This document shows positions 1-7,539 of a DNA stretch of 64,000 nt, in pieces. The position numbers were made by a program, and so were the translations under genes. Location: the NCBI GenBank assembly GCA_043810165.1, contig JBDROJ010000023.1, forward strand, positions 4,675-68,674, in the 5' to 3' direction. Below the pieces are notes generated by a model. It did not search any database. It saw nothing but the letters and a program-made list of their open reading frames with translations, and was not told the origin of the DNA. Origin of the DNA: a bacterium. GTDB taxonomy: Bacteria; Patescibacteriota; Patescibacteriia; Magasanikbacterales; GWA2-37-8. How positions within the stretch are numbered: position 1 is the first letter of the stretch; every line of letters begins with the position of its first letter.

Positions 1-322
1 TTTTTAAATGCACGATTGAGTTGAAGCTTAAGAAAAATAATATCGAGCCGAGCCAGTGTGTTGGTTGATAATCATAATCCAGGTCTTTAATAATTAGTAC
101 GGCCACTAATAATAAAATTATAGGAAATATGTATCGTACTTGTCCAAAACTGATGGCTAATAGGGCATCAATAAAATGTCCAAGCACGCCAGCCATTTCA
201 AAGAAGCTTAAGGCTGATAAGCCTCCGGCGATAAATAATAATATAGCCAAAATTCCCCGATTAATGTCGGGGTTTAGATTGAGGCGTCCTATCCAATTTG
301 ATTTGCGTCGTCTTTTACCCAT
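1..322 (-). CDS. ftsK: Probable DNA translocase FtsK, N-terminal membrane domain (runs off window)
   Basis: Hand-translated MGKRRRKSNWIGRLNLNPDINRGILAILLFIAGGLSALSFFEMAGVLGHFIDALLAISFGQVRYIFPIILLL...: basic N-terminus then hydrophobic segments typical of FtsK 4TM. The ATPase domain is not visible. TTGTTA-17-TATAAT lies upstream. Confidence 0.55.
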   Translation of the reverse strand, partial: MGKRRRKSNWIGRLNLNPDINRGILAILLFIAGGLSALSFFEMAGVLGHFIDALLAISFGQVRYIFPIILLLVAVLIIKDLDYDYQPTHWLGSILFFLSFNSIVHLK

Positions 323-359
323 ATTGGGGATATTATATCAAATACAGAACAAATTAACA

Positions 360-389
360 AATATTTCAGAGTAAAATATTTCAGAGTAA
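360..389. repeat. 15-bp tandem duplication AATATTTCAGAGTAA x2
   Basis: Directly visible. Confidence 0.8.
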
Positions 390-397
390 AAAGTATT

Positions 398-431
398 AAA
401 AAAACCTCCTGATTAAATCCGGAGGTTTTTT
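398..431 (-). terminator. Intrinsic terminator (bidirectional) after the 31-aa ORF
   Basis: AAAAAACCTCC-loop-GGAGGTTTTTT. Confidence 0.8.
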
Positions 432-442
432 CGAAGTATTTG

Positions 443-538
443 TTAAGCTTCTGGTGTAGCTTCTACTGCCGGTGTTTCTTCTACCGGAGTTTCTGGTGTA
501 GCTTCTACTACTGGCTTATCGCAGTCACAATCACACAT
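443..538 (-). CDS. 31-aa acidic microprotein MCDCDCDKPVVEATPETPVEETPAVEATPEA
   Basis: Hand-translated; has its own consensus promoter and terminator; internal VEATPE repeat. Confidence 0.7.
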   Translation of the reverse strand: MCDCDCDKPVVEATPETPVEETPAVEATPEA

Positions 539-588
539 AGGTTTGTGTTTAGAAATAAAATGTCAGCCAAGTGTAGCTAACAGTATAT

Positions 589-617
589 ATTATAGCATAT
601 TTTGGCAATTTTGTCAA
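589..617 (-). promoter_or_regulatory. Consensus sigma70 promoter with extended -10
   Basis: TTGACA (617-612), 17 bp, TATAAT (594-589) preceded by TGn. Confidence 0.85.
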
Positions 618-733
618 GATTTTGAGGTTTTTAGCCTTACTATTACCAACCATAGGTTGATTGGCAATAGTATGGCCAGGCACGCGTGGTTGCGTGCCTG
701 GCGGATGTGGTTGGATAGTCGGGCTGTTTTGCC

Positions 734-904
734 CTATATCCAGGTACTGCGGTCCTCGGTCGGGTGGCCGTTGAATGGCCACTCTTCCTGGATCTCCAGC
801 CGGGGAGGGGCCTCGTTTGACCGCACCGCCCTGTCGAGAATTTCTCGCAGAGTCAGTGCTTTTTTCTCTTCCCGCGGTGTTGGATTTTCCGTTTTGTCCT
901 GCAT
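734..904 (-). CDS. 56-aa orphan microprotein (MQDKTENPTPREEKKALTLREILDRAVRSNEAPPRLEIQEEWPFNGHPTEDRSTWI)
   Basis: Hand-translated; purine-rich GGAAAGGA upstream; GC-rich; followed by hairpins at 638-673 and 675-702. Confidence 0.55.
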   Translation of the reverse strand: MQDKTENPTPREEKKALTLREILDRAVRSNEAPPRLEIQEEWPFNGHPTEDRSTWI

Positions 905-943
905 CTTTTTTCCTTTCCGTAGGTGGATTGATAATCGGTTATA

Positions 944-1111
944 TCACACGCGGTTTGCCATGAGCATGTCACGGGACAGGATGTCCTCGTGGGGCGGGCC
1001 CGGGTTGATCGGGGTCATGCCCGGCACCCAGTCACGCTTGTTGCACTGGCAGTTCTGGCTGTTTGTGGCCTTGGTGTTCTGGTTGCGAGCGATTTCTCCG
1101 AACGAGTTCAT
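944..1111 (-). CDS. 55-aa orphan microprotein (MNSFGEIARNQNTKATNSQNCQCNKRDWVPGMTPINPGPPHEDILSRDMLMANRV)
   Basis: AGGAG SD 7 nt before ATG; about 62% GC counted over 961-1080. Confidence 0.65.
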   Translation of the reverse strand: MNSFGEIARNQNTKATNSQNCQCNKRDWVPGMTPINPGPPHEDILSRDMLMANRV

Positions 1112-1149
1112 AGCACTTCTCCTTTTTAGGGAAATTGGTTGATTCGGCG

Positions 1150-1221
1150 GATATTGGTGAACGAGAAGATATATTTGATTATATACTCTCTCGTTCACCA
1201 ATATCACGATTTTAAAGAACT
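1150..1221 (-). promoter_or_regulatory. boxA-like motif (AGTTCTTTAAAA) followed by a perfect 17-bp stem-loop
   Basis: Motif at 1221-1210; stem arms 1150-1166 and 1189-1205. Confidence 0.6.
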
Positions 1222-1244
1222 AAAAAACCACCTGCGCGGTGGTT
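1222..1244 (-). terminator. Attenuator terminator of the Ile/Val leader
   Basis: AACCACC-GCGCA-GGTGGTT-TTTT; 5' arm alternatively pairs with GCGGTGAGTTAGTGATT. Confidence 0.85.
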
Positions 1245-1270
1245 AATGATCTATGTAATACGCAAAATCA

Positions 1271-1339
1271 CTAACTCACCGCTGAGTGGTTAATAACAAT
1301 GTTAATAATAACATTATATTGCGATTTTATATATTCCAT
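1271..1339 (-). CDS. Ile/Val-rich leader peptide MEYIKSQYNVIINIVINHSAVS
   Basis: VIINIVI control codons immediately before mutually exclusive 1:2, 2:3 and 3:4 hairpins. Confidence 0.8.
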   Translation of the reverse strand: MEYIKSQYNVIINIVINHSAVS

Positions 1340-1348
1340 AGTATTAAT

Positions 1349-1393
1349 ATATTAACACAGTGATGGTTTTCGTCAAATGTTAATTGTGGATAA
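1349..1393 (-). promoter_or_regulatory. Promoter TTGACG-16-TAATAT with DnaA box TTATCCACA 8 bp upstream
   Basis: Directly read; near-leaderless start of the leader peptide. Confidence 0.7.
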
Positions 1394-1403
1394 GTTGAAG
1401 TAT

Positions 1404-1440
1404 TGTTCGGGCCCCCGGCGTCTATCCGGGGGCCCGAACA
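1404..1440. repeat. Perfect 15-bp GC-rich inverted repeat (3' hairpin of the 61-aa ORF)
   Basis: TGTTCGGGCCCCCGG-7-CCGGGGGCCCGAACA. Confidence 0.85.
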
Positions 1441-1468
1441 GAACCGCGAACATCCCCCTTGCTTGCCT

Positions 1469-1654
1469 CTAGTCTCTCCAGTGATCTGCCCATTTCAGCA
1501 TCTCGCTGGAGAATCTTTCCAATGCCATGGCCTGCGTTTCGATCATCTTGATGATGCTCACCAGGGCAAGCCCGCGTACGGCGTCGCGATCGTCCCTAGC
1601 TCGTGCCAGTTTGGATTGCAGACGCACCATATTGCCGTAGTATAGTTCGGTCAT
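1469..1654 (-). CDS. 61-aa orphan helical microprotein
   Basis: ORF track; AGGAG SD; TTGACT-16-TATAAT upstream; GC-rich. Confidence 0.65.
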   Translation of the reverse strand: MTELYYGNMVRLQSKLARARDDRDAVRGLALVSIIKMIETQAMALERFSSEMLKWADHWRD

Positions 1655-1728
1655 TCTGTTCTCTCCTAAATATTTTGCTTAATTATATGATTTTTTACAA
1701 AAAAGTCAACTGTTAGATTGTATAATAA

Positions 1729-1773
1729 TTATCCACAATCTGATTTGACAGTGATTTTAGCTTGTGTTAATGT
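1729..1773 (+). promoter_or_regulatory. DnaA box TTATCCACA plus promoter TTGACA-17-TAATGT (extended -10)
   Basis: Box 1729-1737, -35 at 1745-1750, -10 at 1768-1773. Confidence 0.75.
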
Positions 1774-1782
1774 ATTAATACT

Positions 1783-1854
1783 ATGAATTACAAGATAAAT
1801 AACAGCTACTCCTTTTTCTTTTTTTGGAACCTCTGCTCCGAGGCGTCTTGTTAA
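1783..1854 (+). CDS. Phe/aromatic leader peptide MNYKINNSYSFFFFWNLCSEASC
   Basis: YSFFFFW control codons followed by alternative hairpins. Confidence 0.85.
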   Translation: MNYKINNSYSFFFFWNLCSEASC

Positions 1855-1881
1855 TGCATAAATAAATTCTTATCAACAAGC

Positions 1882-1905
1882 AACCTCGGAAAGCGAGGTT
1901 TTTTT
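1882..1905 (+). terminator. Attenuator terminator of the Phe leader
   Basis: AACCTCG-GAAAG-CGAGGTT-TTTTT; antiterminator TCCGAGG..CTTGTT / AACAAG..CCTCGGA. Confidence 0.85.
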
Positions 1906-1910
1906 AATTT

Positions 1911-1982
1911 AGCTCTTTGAAACAGTATAAATAGGCGAAAGAAAGCGCGTGATTAAATCCAGTGTTTTCTTTCGCCTATTTA
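1911..1982 (+). promoter_or_regulatory. boxA-like motif (AGCTCTTTGAAA) followed by a perfect 17-bp stem-loop
   Basis: Motif at 1911-1922 (cf. E. coli boxA TGCTCTTTAACA); stem arms 1928-1944 and 1966-1982. Confidence 0.65.
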
Positions 1983-2031
1983 CCGAATGTCAGAAAAACC
2001 AGAACAAGGTCGGAAGACCAGGAGGATGATC

Positions 2032-2199
2032 ATGTCACATCTGTATGGTATCACGGCAGATGACGTCTTGGCCGGGCTCAAAAACCTGACCAAACAGTCC
2101 CATGACGACAACCAGGAAAGGAAGGATGATGAGGAGGTAAGTCCTAAGCCCAAGCTGGCCGTCGTGGTTGGCGACTTCTGGTGGCCCCCCGGCTGTTAG
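2032..2199 (+). CDS. 55-aa orphan microprotein (MSHLYGITADD...GDFWWPPGC)
   Basis: AGGAGG SD 6 nt before ATG; GC-rich; followed by two hairpins at 2219-2290. Confidence 0.65.
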   Translation: MSHLYGITADDVLAGLKNLTKQSHDDNQERKDDEEVSPKPKLAVVVGDFWWPPGC

Positions 2200-2296
2200 T
2201 CTGGGGTTTCCGTATCTCAGGCCTGTTCCGATGTATTTCGAAGCAGGCCTTCCTTTCAAGTATTTTTGCTAAAGAATATTTAAAAGGGAGAGAGTC

Positions 2297-2322
2297 AAAA
2301 AACCAAGCTACTTGGTTTTTTT
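2297..2322 (+). terminator. Intrinsic terminator
   Basis: AAAAAACCAAG-CTA-CTTGGTTTTTTT. Confidence 0.75.
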
Positions 2323-2363
2323 ATTGACTAAATTAAAAAAACCAATTATAATTTGGTAATAAT

Positions 2364-2435
2364 GCGGGCGTGGTATAATGGCTATTACTCCACCCTTCCA
2401 AGGTGGTTACGCCGGTTCGATTCCGGTCGCCCGCT
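2364..2435 (+). tRNA. tRNA-Gly(TCC)
   Basis: Acceptor GCGGGCG/CGCCCGC, anticodon arm CCACC-CTTCCAA-GGTGG, T-loop TTCGATT. Confidence 0.95.
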
Positions 2436-2623
2436 CAGGACCGAAAAAGCAGTCTGAAATGAGGCTGTTTTTTGCTTGACTAAGCTTAGAATTCCTAGTT
2501 CGCACAAGGCTTTTTTGACCTCTTCTTTTTCTAGGCTATTTTTAAGAACCAAATATGGTTTTTCCAATTGAATAAAGAGTTTTTTGTCCCTGTAAGTAAA
2601 GTTCTTACCAACCAGTTTTTACG

Positions 2624-2941
2624 GTGCAGTATCCAGTTGCTAAAAGTCTGTATGAAACACAGCTATATTGTGATTTCATTATATATCATCCAGAAAAGCA
2701 CGAGAAGTGTTTAATTATTGAATCTAAGTGGCAACAGTCTGCAGGTTCTGTTGATGAAAAATTTCCTTATCTTGTACTTAATATCAGAGAAAGATATCCG
2801 TGTTCAACTATAGTTGTGTTAGATGGAGGTGGTTACAAAAAAGGGGCGGAGAAGTGGTTAAGGGATCAAATTGATGATAAATTAATCCACATATTTAGTA
2901 TGATGGAATTTCAAAAGTGGAGTAATAGTGAGGAGCTGTAA
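2624..2941 (+). pseudogene. PD-(D/E)XK nuclease, probably 5'-truncated
   Basis: CDFII...IIESKWQQSAGSVDEK motif; no good start or N-terminal helix upstream. Confidence 0.6.
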
Positions 2942-3055
2942 TATATAGTGTGACGAGGGTGGGGGCATATTACGATCAGCGTAAAATATCGCTATACTAA
3001 GCGGTATTTTATTTTTCCCGCAAAAGATGATAGAATTGAGATAATAACTATAATT

Positions 3056-3925
3056 ATGTCTAAAGGTATTTTCTATCTAATAATAGCCTTGTTCACTTAC
3101 GGTTTTACTCACATTACCGATAAGCTTGGTATTGAAGCTGGGGTTGATCCAGCTGTTTTTACTTTTTTTAGAATATCATTTGCCATGGTATTTGTGGGTA
3201 TTCTCTGGTTCTCGTTAAGAAAGAAGAAGAAATTGCAATTTAAAAAAGCCGACATTAAACAAGTAGCTATTATTGGTATGTTGGCTTCAGGTTTAATGGC
3301 TCTTCTAAGTATACAAGCGCTAGAATATACTACGGCTACCAATAAAGGGATAATGCAAGGGTTGTATACTTCAGCCACTTTAGTAATTGCTTTTCTGTGG
3401 ATCAAAGAAAGATTTTCCAAGTTATTCTACCCAACATTTGCAGTAATGATTTTTGGCTTGATTTTACTTACCAGTAATGGTTTTATGCAATTGCCCAACA
3501 AAGGAGATTGGTTGTTGTTTTTAACTATACCTATGGTTGGTTTCTGCAATGTCTACGCTAAGAAGATAATGTCTGGCTTGCATTCCTTAACTGTTAGTTT
3601 TGGTAGGTTTATCTTTGGCTCACTGTTTTTATTGTTAGCTTTGCCCTTTATTGGTTTAGATAGCATACACACTGTTCAATATGGTATATTATGGGTGATT
3701 TGTTCTGGCGTATTAACTTCGATAAGAGTTGTAAGTTTCTATAAAGGAATTCAAGAAGTAGGACCAGGTTTGGCCGCAACTATTTTGGCTGTTTCACCAG
3801 CTATAACAGCTATTTCAGATCATCTTATTATCGGGACTTCTTTTAGTAGTTTACAGGTAGTTGGTTTAGTTTTAGTGCTGGGTTCTGCTTTTATTGTGGC
3901 GAGATTAAAAGCAAGTTATAAATAG
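3056..3925 (+). CDS. DMT/EamA family transporter
   Basis: 289 aa, about 10 TM segments in two EamA-like repeats. Confidence 0.9.
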   Translation: MSKGIFYLIIALFTYGFTHITDKLGIEAGVDPAVFTFFRISFAMVFVGILWFSLRKKKKLQFKKADIKQVAIIGMLASGLMALLSIQALEYTTATNKGIMQGLYTSATLVIAFLWIKERFSKLFYPTFAVMIFGLILLTSNGFMQLPNKGDWLLFLTIPMVGFCNVYAKKIMSGLHSLTVSFGRFIFGSLFLLLALPFIGLDSIHTVQYGILWVICSGVLTSIRVVSFYKGIQEVGPGLAATILAVSPAITAISDHLIIGTSFSSLQVVGLVLVLGSAFIVARLKASYK

Positions 3926-3938
3926 TTATATTTAATAA

Positions 3939-4364
3939 ATGATTCATATGCTAAACCACATAACATTAAGAGTAAGCGACTTTGAAAAAAGTCAGGATTT
4001 TTTTTCAAAAGCACTTGAACCACTTGGTTATAAAATACTCAAAAAAGACAAGGATGAAAATATAGATTATACATCTGTCGGATATGCGGTAATAGACAAA
4101 GAAGGTCATAGAGATTTTTGGGTTAAAAAGGTTAAGGATTACAAAGTTACAACACCTTCATTTTCGTGTTTAGCTTTTACTGCTACCAGCAAAGAAATGG
4201 TTAATGAATTCCATAAAGCGGCTATTGAAGCTGGTGGCAAAGATAACGGCAAACCTGGTTACCGTGTTAAATATCATCCAGGTTATTATGCAGCCTATGT
4301 ATTAGATCCAGATGGATATAATATTGAAGCTGTTTTTGATGATATGAGTATGTTAGATAAATAA
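3939..4364 (+). CDS. VOC/glyoxalase family protein
   Basis: LNHITLRVSD...GGKDNGKPGYR..YHPGYYAAYVLDPDGYNIEAV. Confidence 0.92.
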   Translation: MIHMLNHITLRVSDFEKSQDFFSKALEPLGYKILKKDKDENIDYTSVGYAVIDKEGHRDFWVKKVKDYKVTTPSFSCLAFTATSKEMVNEFHKAAIEAGGKDNGKPGYRVKYHPGYYAAYVLDPDGYNIEAVFDDMSMLDK

Positions 4365-4374
4365 TATTTACACC

Positions 4375-5235
4375 ATGTTAGATACTATAAAAGGAATAAT
4401 CTTAGACATAGACGGTGTTATCGTGGGTAGTAAAAAAGGAGTTAACTCCCCCGACCCACATCCTGATGTAATCAAAAGATTAAAACAAATAAAAGAAGGT
4501 GGTATTCCGATAAGTCTTTGTACAGCTAAGCCGTATTTTGCTATTGAAAAAATAGTTAGAGAAGCTAATTTGGATAATGTTCATATTGTTAATGGTGGTG
4601 GAGCAATAATGAATCCAATTACTGGCAAGATAGTCAAAACTCACAGTATCGATCAAACTATTTTAAGAAGTATTTTAGAAATGCTTTTAAAAGAAGATGT
4701 TTATACTGAGTTATATACAGTTGAGGATTATTATATCCAGAAAAGCCAGTATCGACATATTACTGATAAACATACTCATGTTTTACAAAGAGAACCAAAA
4801 GTAGTTGAATCTTTACTAGATGAGATTTCTTCTTTAAAAGTAGTTAGGATATTGGCTGTTACTGAAGACAGAGAAGATAGATATATCTTTGAAGATAAAT
4901 TCAAGCCTTTTACCGACAGTCTAAATCTTGGTTGGGGAGTCCACCCAGTAATCCTTCCTTTACAGTTTGGCGGTATTACTCCTAAAGGTATATCTAAAAG
5001 CCATGGAGCGGTTGAGATTGCGGAGAATTTTGGTGTGTCTCTTAACGATATGCTTGGCGTAGGTGATAGCAAACGTGATTGGGAGTTTATAGGGCAATGC
5101 GGATATGGGGCAGCTATGGGAAACGCCAGTCAAGCTTTAAAGGATTTAGTTTTGACCAAAGAGAAGAGTCGTTCATATATCGGCGGTGACGTTGATGAAA
5201 ATGGTATTTTGGAGATATTGGATTATTTTATTTAA
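4375..5235 (+). CDS. Cof-type HAD hydrolase
   Basis: DIDGV motif I, SK motif, GDSKRD motif IV, AMGNA. Confidence 0.9.
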   Translation: MLDTIKGIILDIDGVIVGSKKGVNSPDPHPDVIKRLKQIKEGGIPISLCTAKPYFAIEKIVREANLDNVHIVNGGGAIMNPITGKIVKTHSIDQTILRSILEMLLKEDVYTELYTVEDYYIQKSQYRHITDKHTHVLQREPKVVESLLDEISSLKVVRILAVTEDREDRYIFEDKFKPFTDSLNLGWGVHPVILPLQFGGITPKGISKSHGAVEIAENFGVSLNDMLGVGDSKRDWEFIGQCGYGAAMGNASQALKDLVLTKEKSRSYIGGDVDENGILEILDYFI

Positions 5236-5245
5236 ACTGACGGGC

Positions 5246-5722
5246 ATGGGAGAAATCACCATAAGACAATACAAGGATTCTGACAAGGATAAGATATGGG
5301 ATTTACATATTAAAGTTCTGGAAGACGCTGGTGCGTTGGCTGATAGTGGGCCATGGGATGATGATTTGAAAAATATACAACATGAGTATATTAGTGGTGG
5401 CGGTACTTTTTTAGTAGGTTTATCAGGTGACGAAATAGTGGTGATGGGAGCCTTAAAGGTTGTAGATAATAATAATGTTGAAATAAAAAGGATGAGAGTG
5501 TTACCAAAATATCAGAGAAAAGGTTTGGGTCAGTTAATGTTGGATAAATTAGAAGAGAAAGCCGTTGGTAGTGGTTATAATCAAATTCAGCTAGACACAA
5601 CAGATAAACAAATAGCAGCTCAAAATTTTTATGTTAAAAATGGATACAAAGAAGTGAGCCGTATTAAAGGAAAAAAGTTTGAAAGCATAATTTACAAAAA
5701 GAATTTAGTGGCTGGTATATAG
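5246..5722 (+). CDS. GNAT family N-acetyltransferase
   Basis: EIKRMRVLPKYQRKGLG acetyl-CoA motif and AQNFYVKNGY; start moved to MGEITIR. Confidence 0.9.
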   Translation: MGEITIRQYKDSDKDKIWDLHIKVLEDAGALADSGPWDDDLKNIQHEYISGGGTFLVGLSGDEIVVMGALKVVDNNNVEIKRMRVLPKYQRKGLGQLMLDKLEEKAVGSGYNQIQLDTTDKQIAAQNFYVKNGYKEVSRIKGKKFESIIYKKNLVAGI

Positions 5723-5810
5723 TGTGGAAGGGGTGTGTACAAAACTAGACTCACCTAACCTTGCACAAATCCCCAACAATCCCAGTTCGCACGTCCTCCA
5801 CTACCCCGCT
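5717..5810 (+). repeat. Junction repeat copy A (tRNA-3'-end-like element)
   Basis: TATAGTGTGGAAGGGGTGT...TCACCTAACCTT...CCAGTTCGCACGTCCTCCACTACCCCGCT; homologous to 7540-7669. Confidence 0.85.
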
Positions 5811-5854
5811 TTTTTTGATGGACAAACAGGTTAAAATATGCTAAAATAACACAT

Positions 5855-6109
5855 ATGACCATACAGCAATTTATAAAAAAGAGACCATATCTGGTTTGGT
5901 ATACAAAGAATTATGATGAACTCTCTGAAGATGCGATTTTAGAAGCCACTCTTAACTACGGTGATTTTGATGATGTTAAAAAAATGGTAAAAATATTGGG
6001 CATGAGAAAGGCGGCTGATATATTTAAAAAGAAAAATAAACAGAAAAGAAATAATTTCAAACCCCAAGTGTCTCATTATTTTAAATTGTTTTTTAAGCAA
6101 CATGCATAA
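5855..6109 (+). CDS. Putative antitoxin (DUF6922-like) of an AbiEii pair
   Basis: 84 aa, LVWY...ILEATLNYGDFDD pattern; overlaps start of the toxin gene; leaderless TAAAAT promoter. Confidence 0.7.
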   Translation: MTIQQFIKKRPYLVWYTKNYDELSEDAILEATLNYGDFDDVKKMVKILGMRKAADIFKKKNKQKRNNFKPQVSHYFKLFFKQHA

Positions 6110-6716
6110 AGAAGTATTGAACCAAAAACAAACAGAACTACTACCTTTATTAAAGAAGTTTAATAAAGATTTTGGTTTAGTTGGTGGTACAGCTATCGCC
6201 TTACAACTTGGTCATCGTCAATCAATAGATTTTGATCTGTTTTCTAATAAGCCAATTAAGCCGAGTGATATTCGACGTAAGATAAAAGGAGTTGCTAATA
6301 TAGATAAGGTATTAATTAATGAGAAAGATGAGTATACGGTTATTGTCAATGGGGTAAAAATTACTTTTCTTTTTTATCCATTTAAAATAAAATTTTCTAA
6401 ATCGTTGTCAAATATTATAAAATTACCTGATCTAAAAACATTGGCAGCAATGAAGGCATATGCCCTAGGTAGGCGAGCTAAATGGAAAGATTATGTTGAC
6501 CTATATTTTATTATGAAAGATAAGTATGGTATAAAATCGGTGACGAAAAAGGCCAAACAGATTTTTGAAGAAGAATTTAATGAGAAGATATTTAGAATAC
6601 AATTAAGTTATTTTAAAGATATTGATTATACTGAAAAAGTAGAATATACCAACGATCAGAAAACACCAGATTCAGTTATCAAAAAAGAATTAAAAGATAT
6701 CAGTTTAAAAATTTAA
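6102..6716 (+). CDS. AbiEii/AbiGii nucleotidyltransferase toxin
   Basis: LVGGTAIALQLGHRQSIDFDLF, MKAYALGRRAKWKDYVDLY. Confidence 0.9.
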   Translation: MHKEVLNQKQTELLPLLKKFNKDFGLVGGTAIALQLGHRQSIDFDLFSNKPIKPSDIRRKIKGVANIDKVLINEKDEYTVIVNGVKITFLFYPFKIKFSKSLSNIIKLPDLKTLAAMKAYALGRRAKWKDYVDLYFIMKDKYGIKSVTKKAKQIFEEEFNEKIFRIQLSYFKDIDYTEKVEYTNDQKTPDSVIKKELKDISLKI

Positions 6717-6749
6717 AGTTCCTAGTACTACACCTATTAGGAACTATTT

Positions 6750-6814
6750 CAGTTCGCACGTCCTCCACTACCCCGCTCATACGAAAATATAGCTAAAACA
6801 AGCGGTATTTTTTT
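6750..6814 (+). repeat. Junction repeat copy B
   Basis: CAGTTCGCACGTCCTCCACTACCCCGCTCATACGAAAATA...AAGCGGTATTTTT. Confidence 0.85.
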
Positions 6815-6900
6815 AATACCCAGGATCTAGGTATTAGCGTTTTTTGACAAAAGATGGTAATCTATTTTTAGACAATCATTTTGCCTAATGGAGGTGTCAG

Positions 6901-7419
6901 GTGAATAGAAATATTTTGGTGCAGGATGAGAGAAAGGTAAGACGCCTACTTCATCTTTGTAGACTAATGCAGGCGGTGTCTTTTTCAACCAAAGACATAA
7001 ATCATGAATTAGCTCGTAGAGTTGGGTATAAAAATAAGCATACGCTTGTAAATGCTATACGTCTATCTGCTTCATGGCGAAGTGTTGAGGAATTGGATAA
7101 ATATCCTTTCACCAAACCGAGCGATAGATTTATACTCAATACAGATCCCAAGAAAGATCCTGAGAGTGGGGATTATGTCACCGTACATAACTTTGTATGG
7201 AGAGACGAAGCACTTAGAAAAAGTGGTTTCATAAATGAGGAAGGCCAGCCTCTCATAGAACTACCTATTCCGAGCGAGATTGTTACTCACGCAGAAAGAG
7301 TAGCTGGGTGGTTGTACAAAAAAAGTCCTACTTACGTTTTGAATGCATTAATTGGTAATCCAGCAGAAACATTGAGTTTATTGCATGAAATGCGGAAGAG
7401 AGGTAAAAATGAAAGTTGA
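6901..7419 (+). CDS. Hypothetical protein (SD-led)
   Basis: 172-aa ORF, GGAGGT upstream of GTG. Confidence 0.7.
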   Translation: MNRNILVQDERKVRRLLHLCRLMQAVSFSTKDINHELARRVGYKNKHTLVNAIRLSASWRSVEELDKYPFTKPSDRFILNTDPKKDPESGDYVTVHNFVWRDEALRKSGFINEEGQPLIELPIPSEIVTHAERVAGWLYKKSPTYVLNALIGNPAETLSLLHEMRKRGKNES

Positions 7420-7539
7420 GGAGGTGTCTGAATGTAAAAAATGGGAGGGCAACAAAGACCCGCCCCATGTCTGGTATCGCCAGCACGGGCGGGCAGACAC
7501 ATTTCCACCTAATCAAGGTGTTTTTTTTTAATCTAAAAA

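Noticed and set aside
543-1142. 199-aa plus-strand ORF and the many other antisense ORFs in the track (e.g. 19030-19545, 12672-13184)
   Set aside because: Shadows of opposite-strand genes, with no start signals and unnatural composition
7409-7531. Possible 40-aa ORF or ATG-TAA minigene after the 6901 gene
   Set aside because: Several competing frames and no independent support
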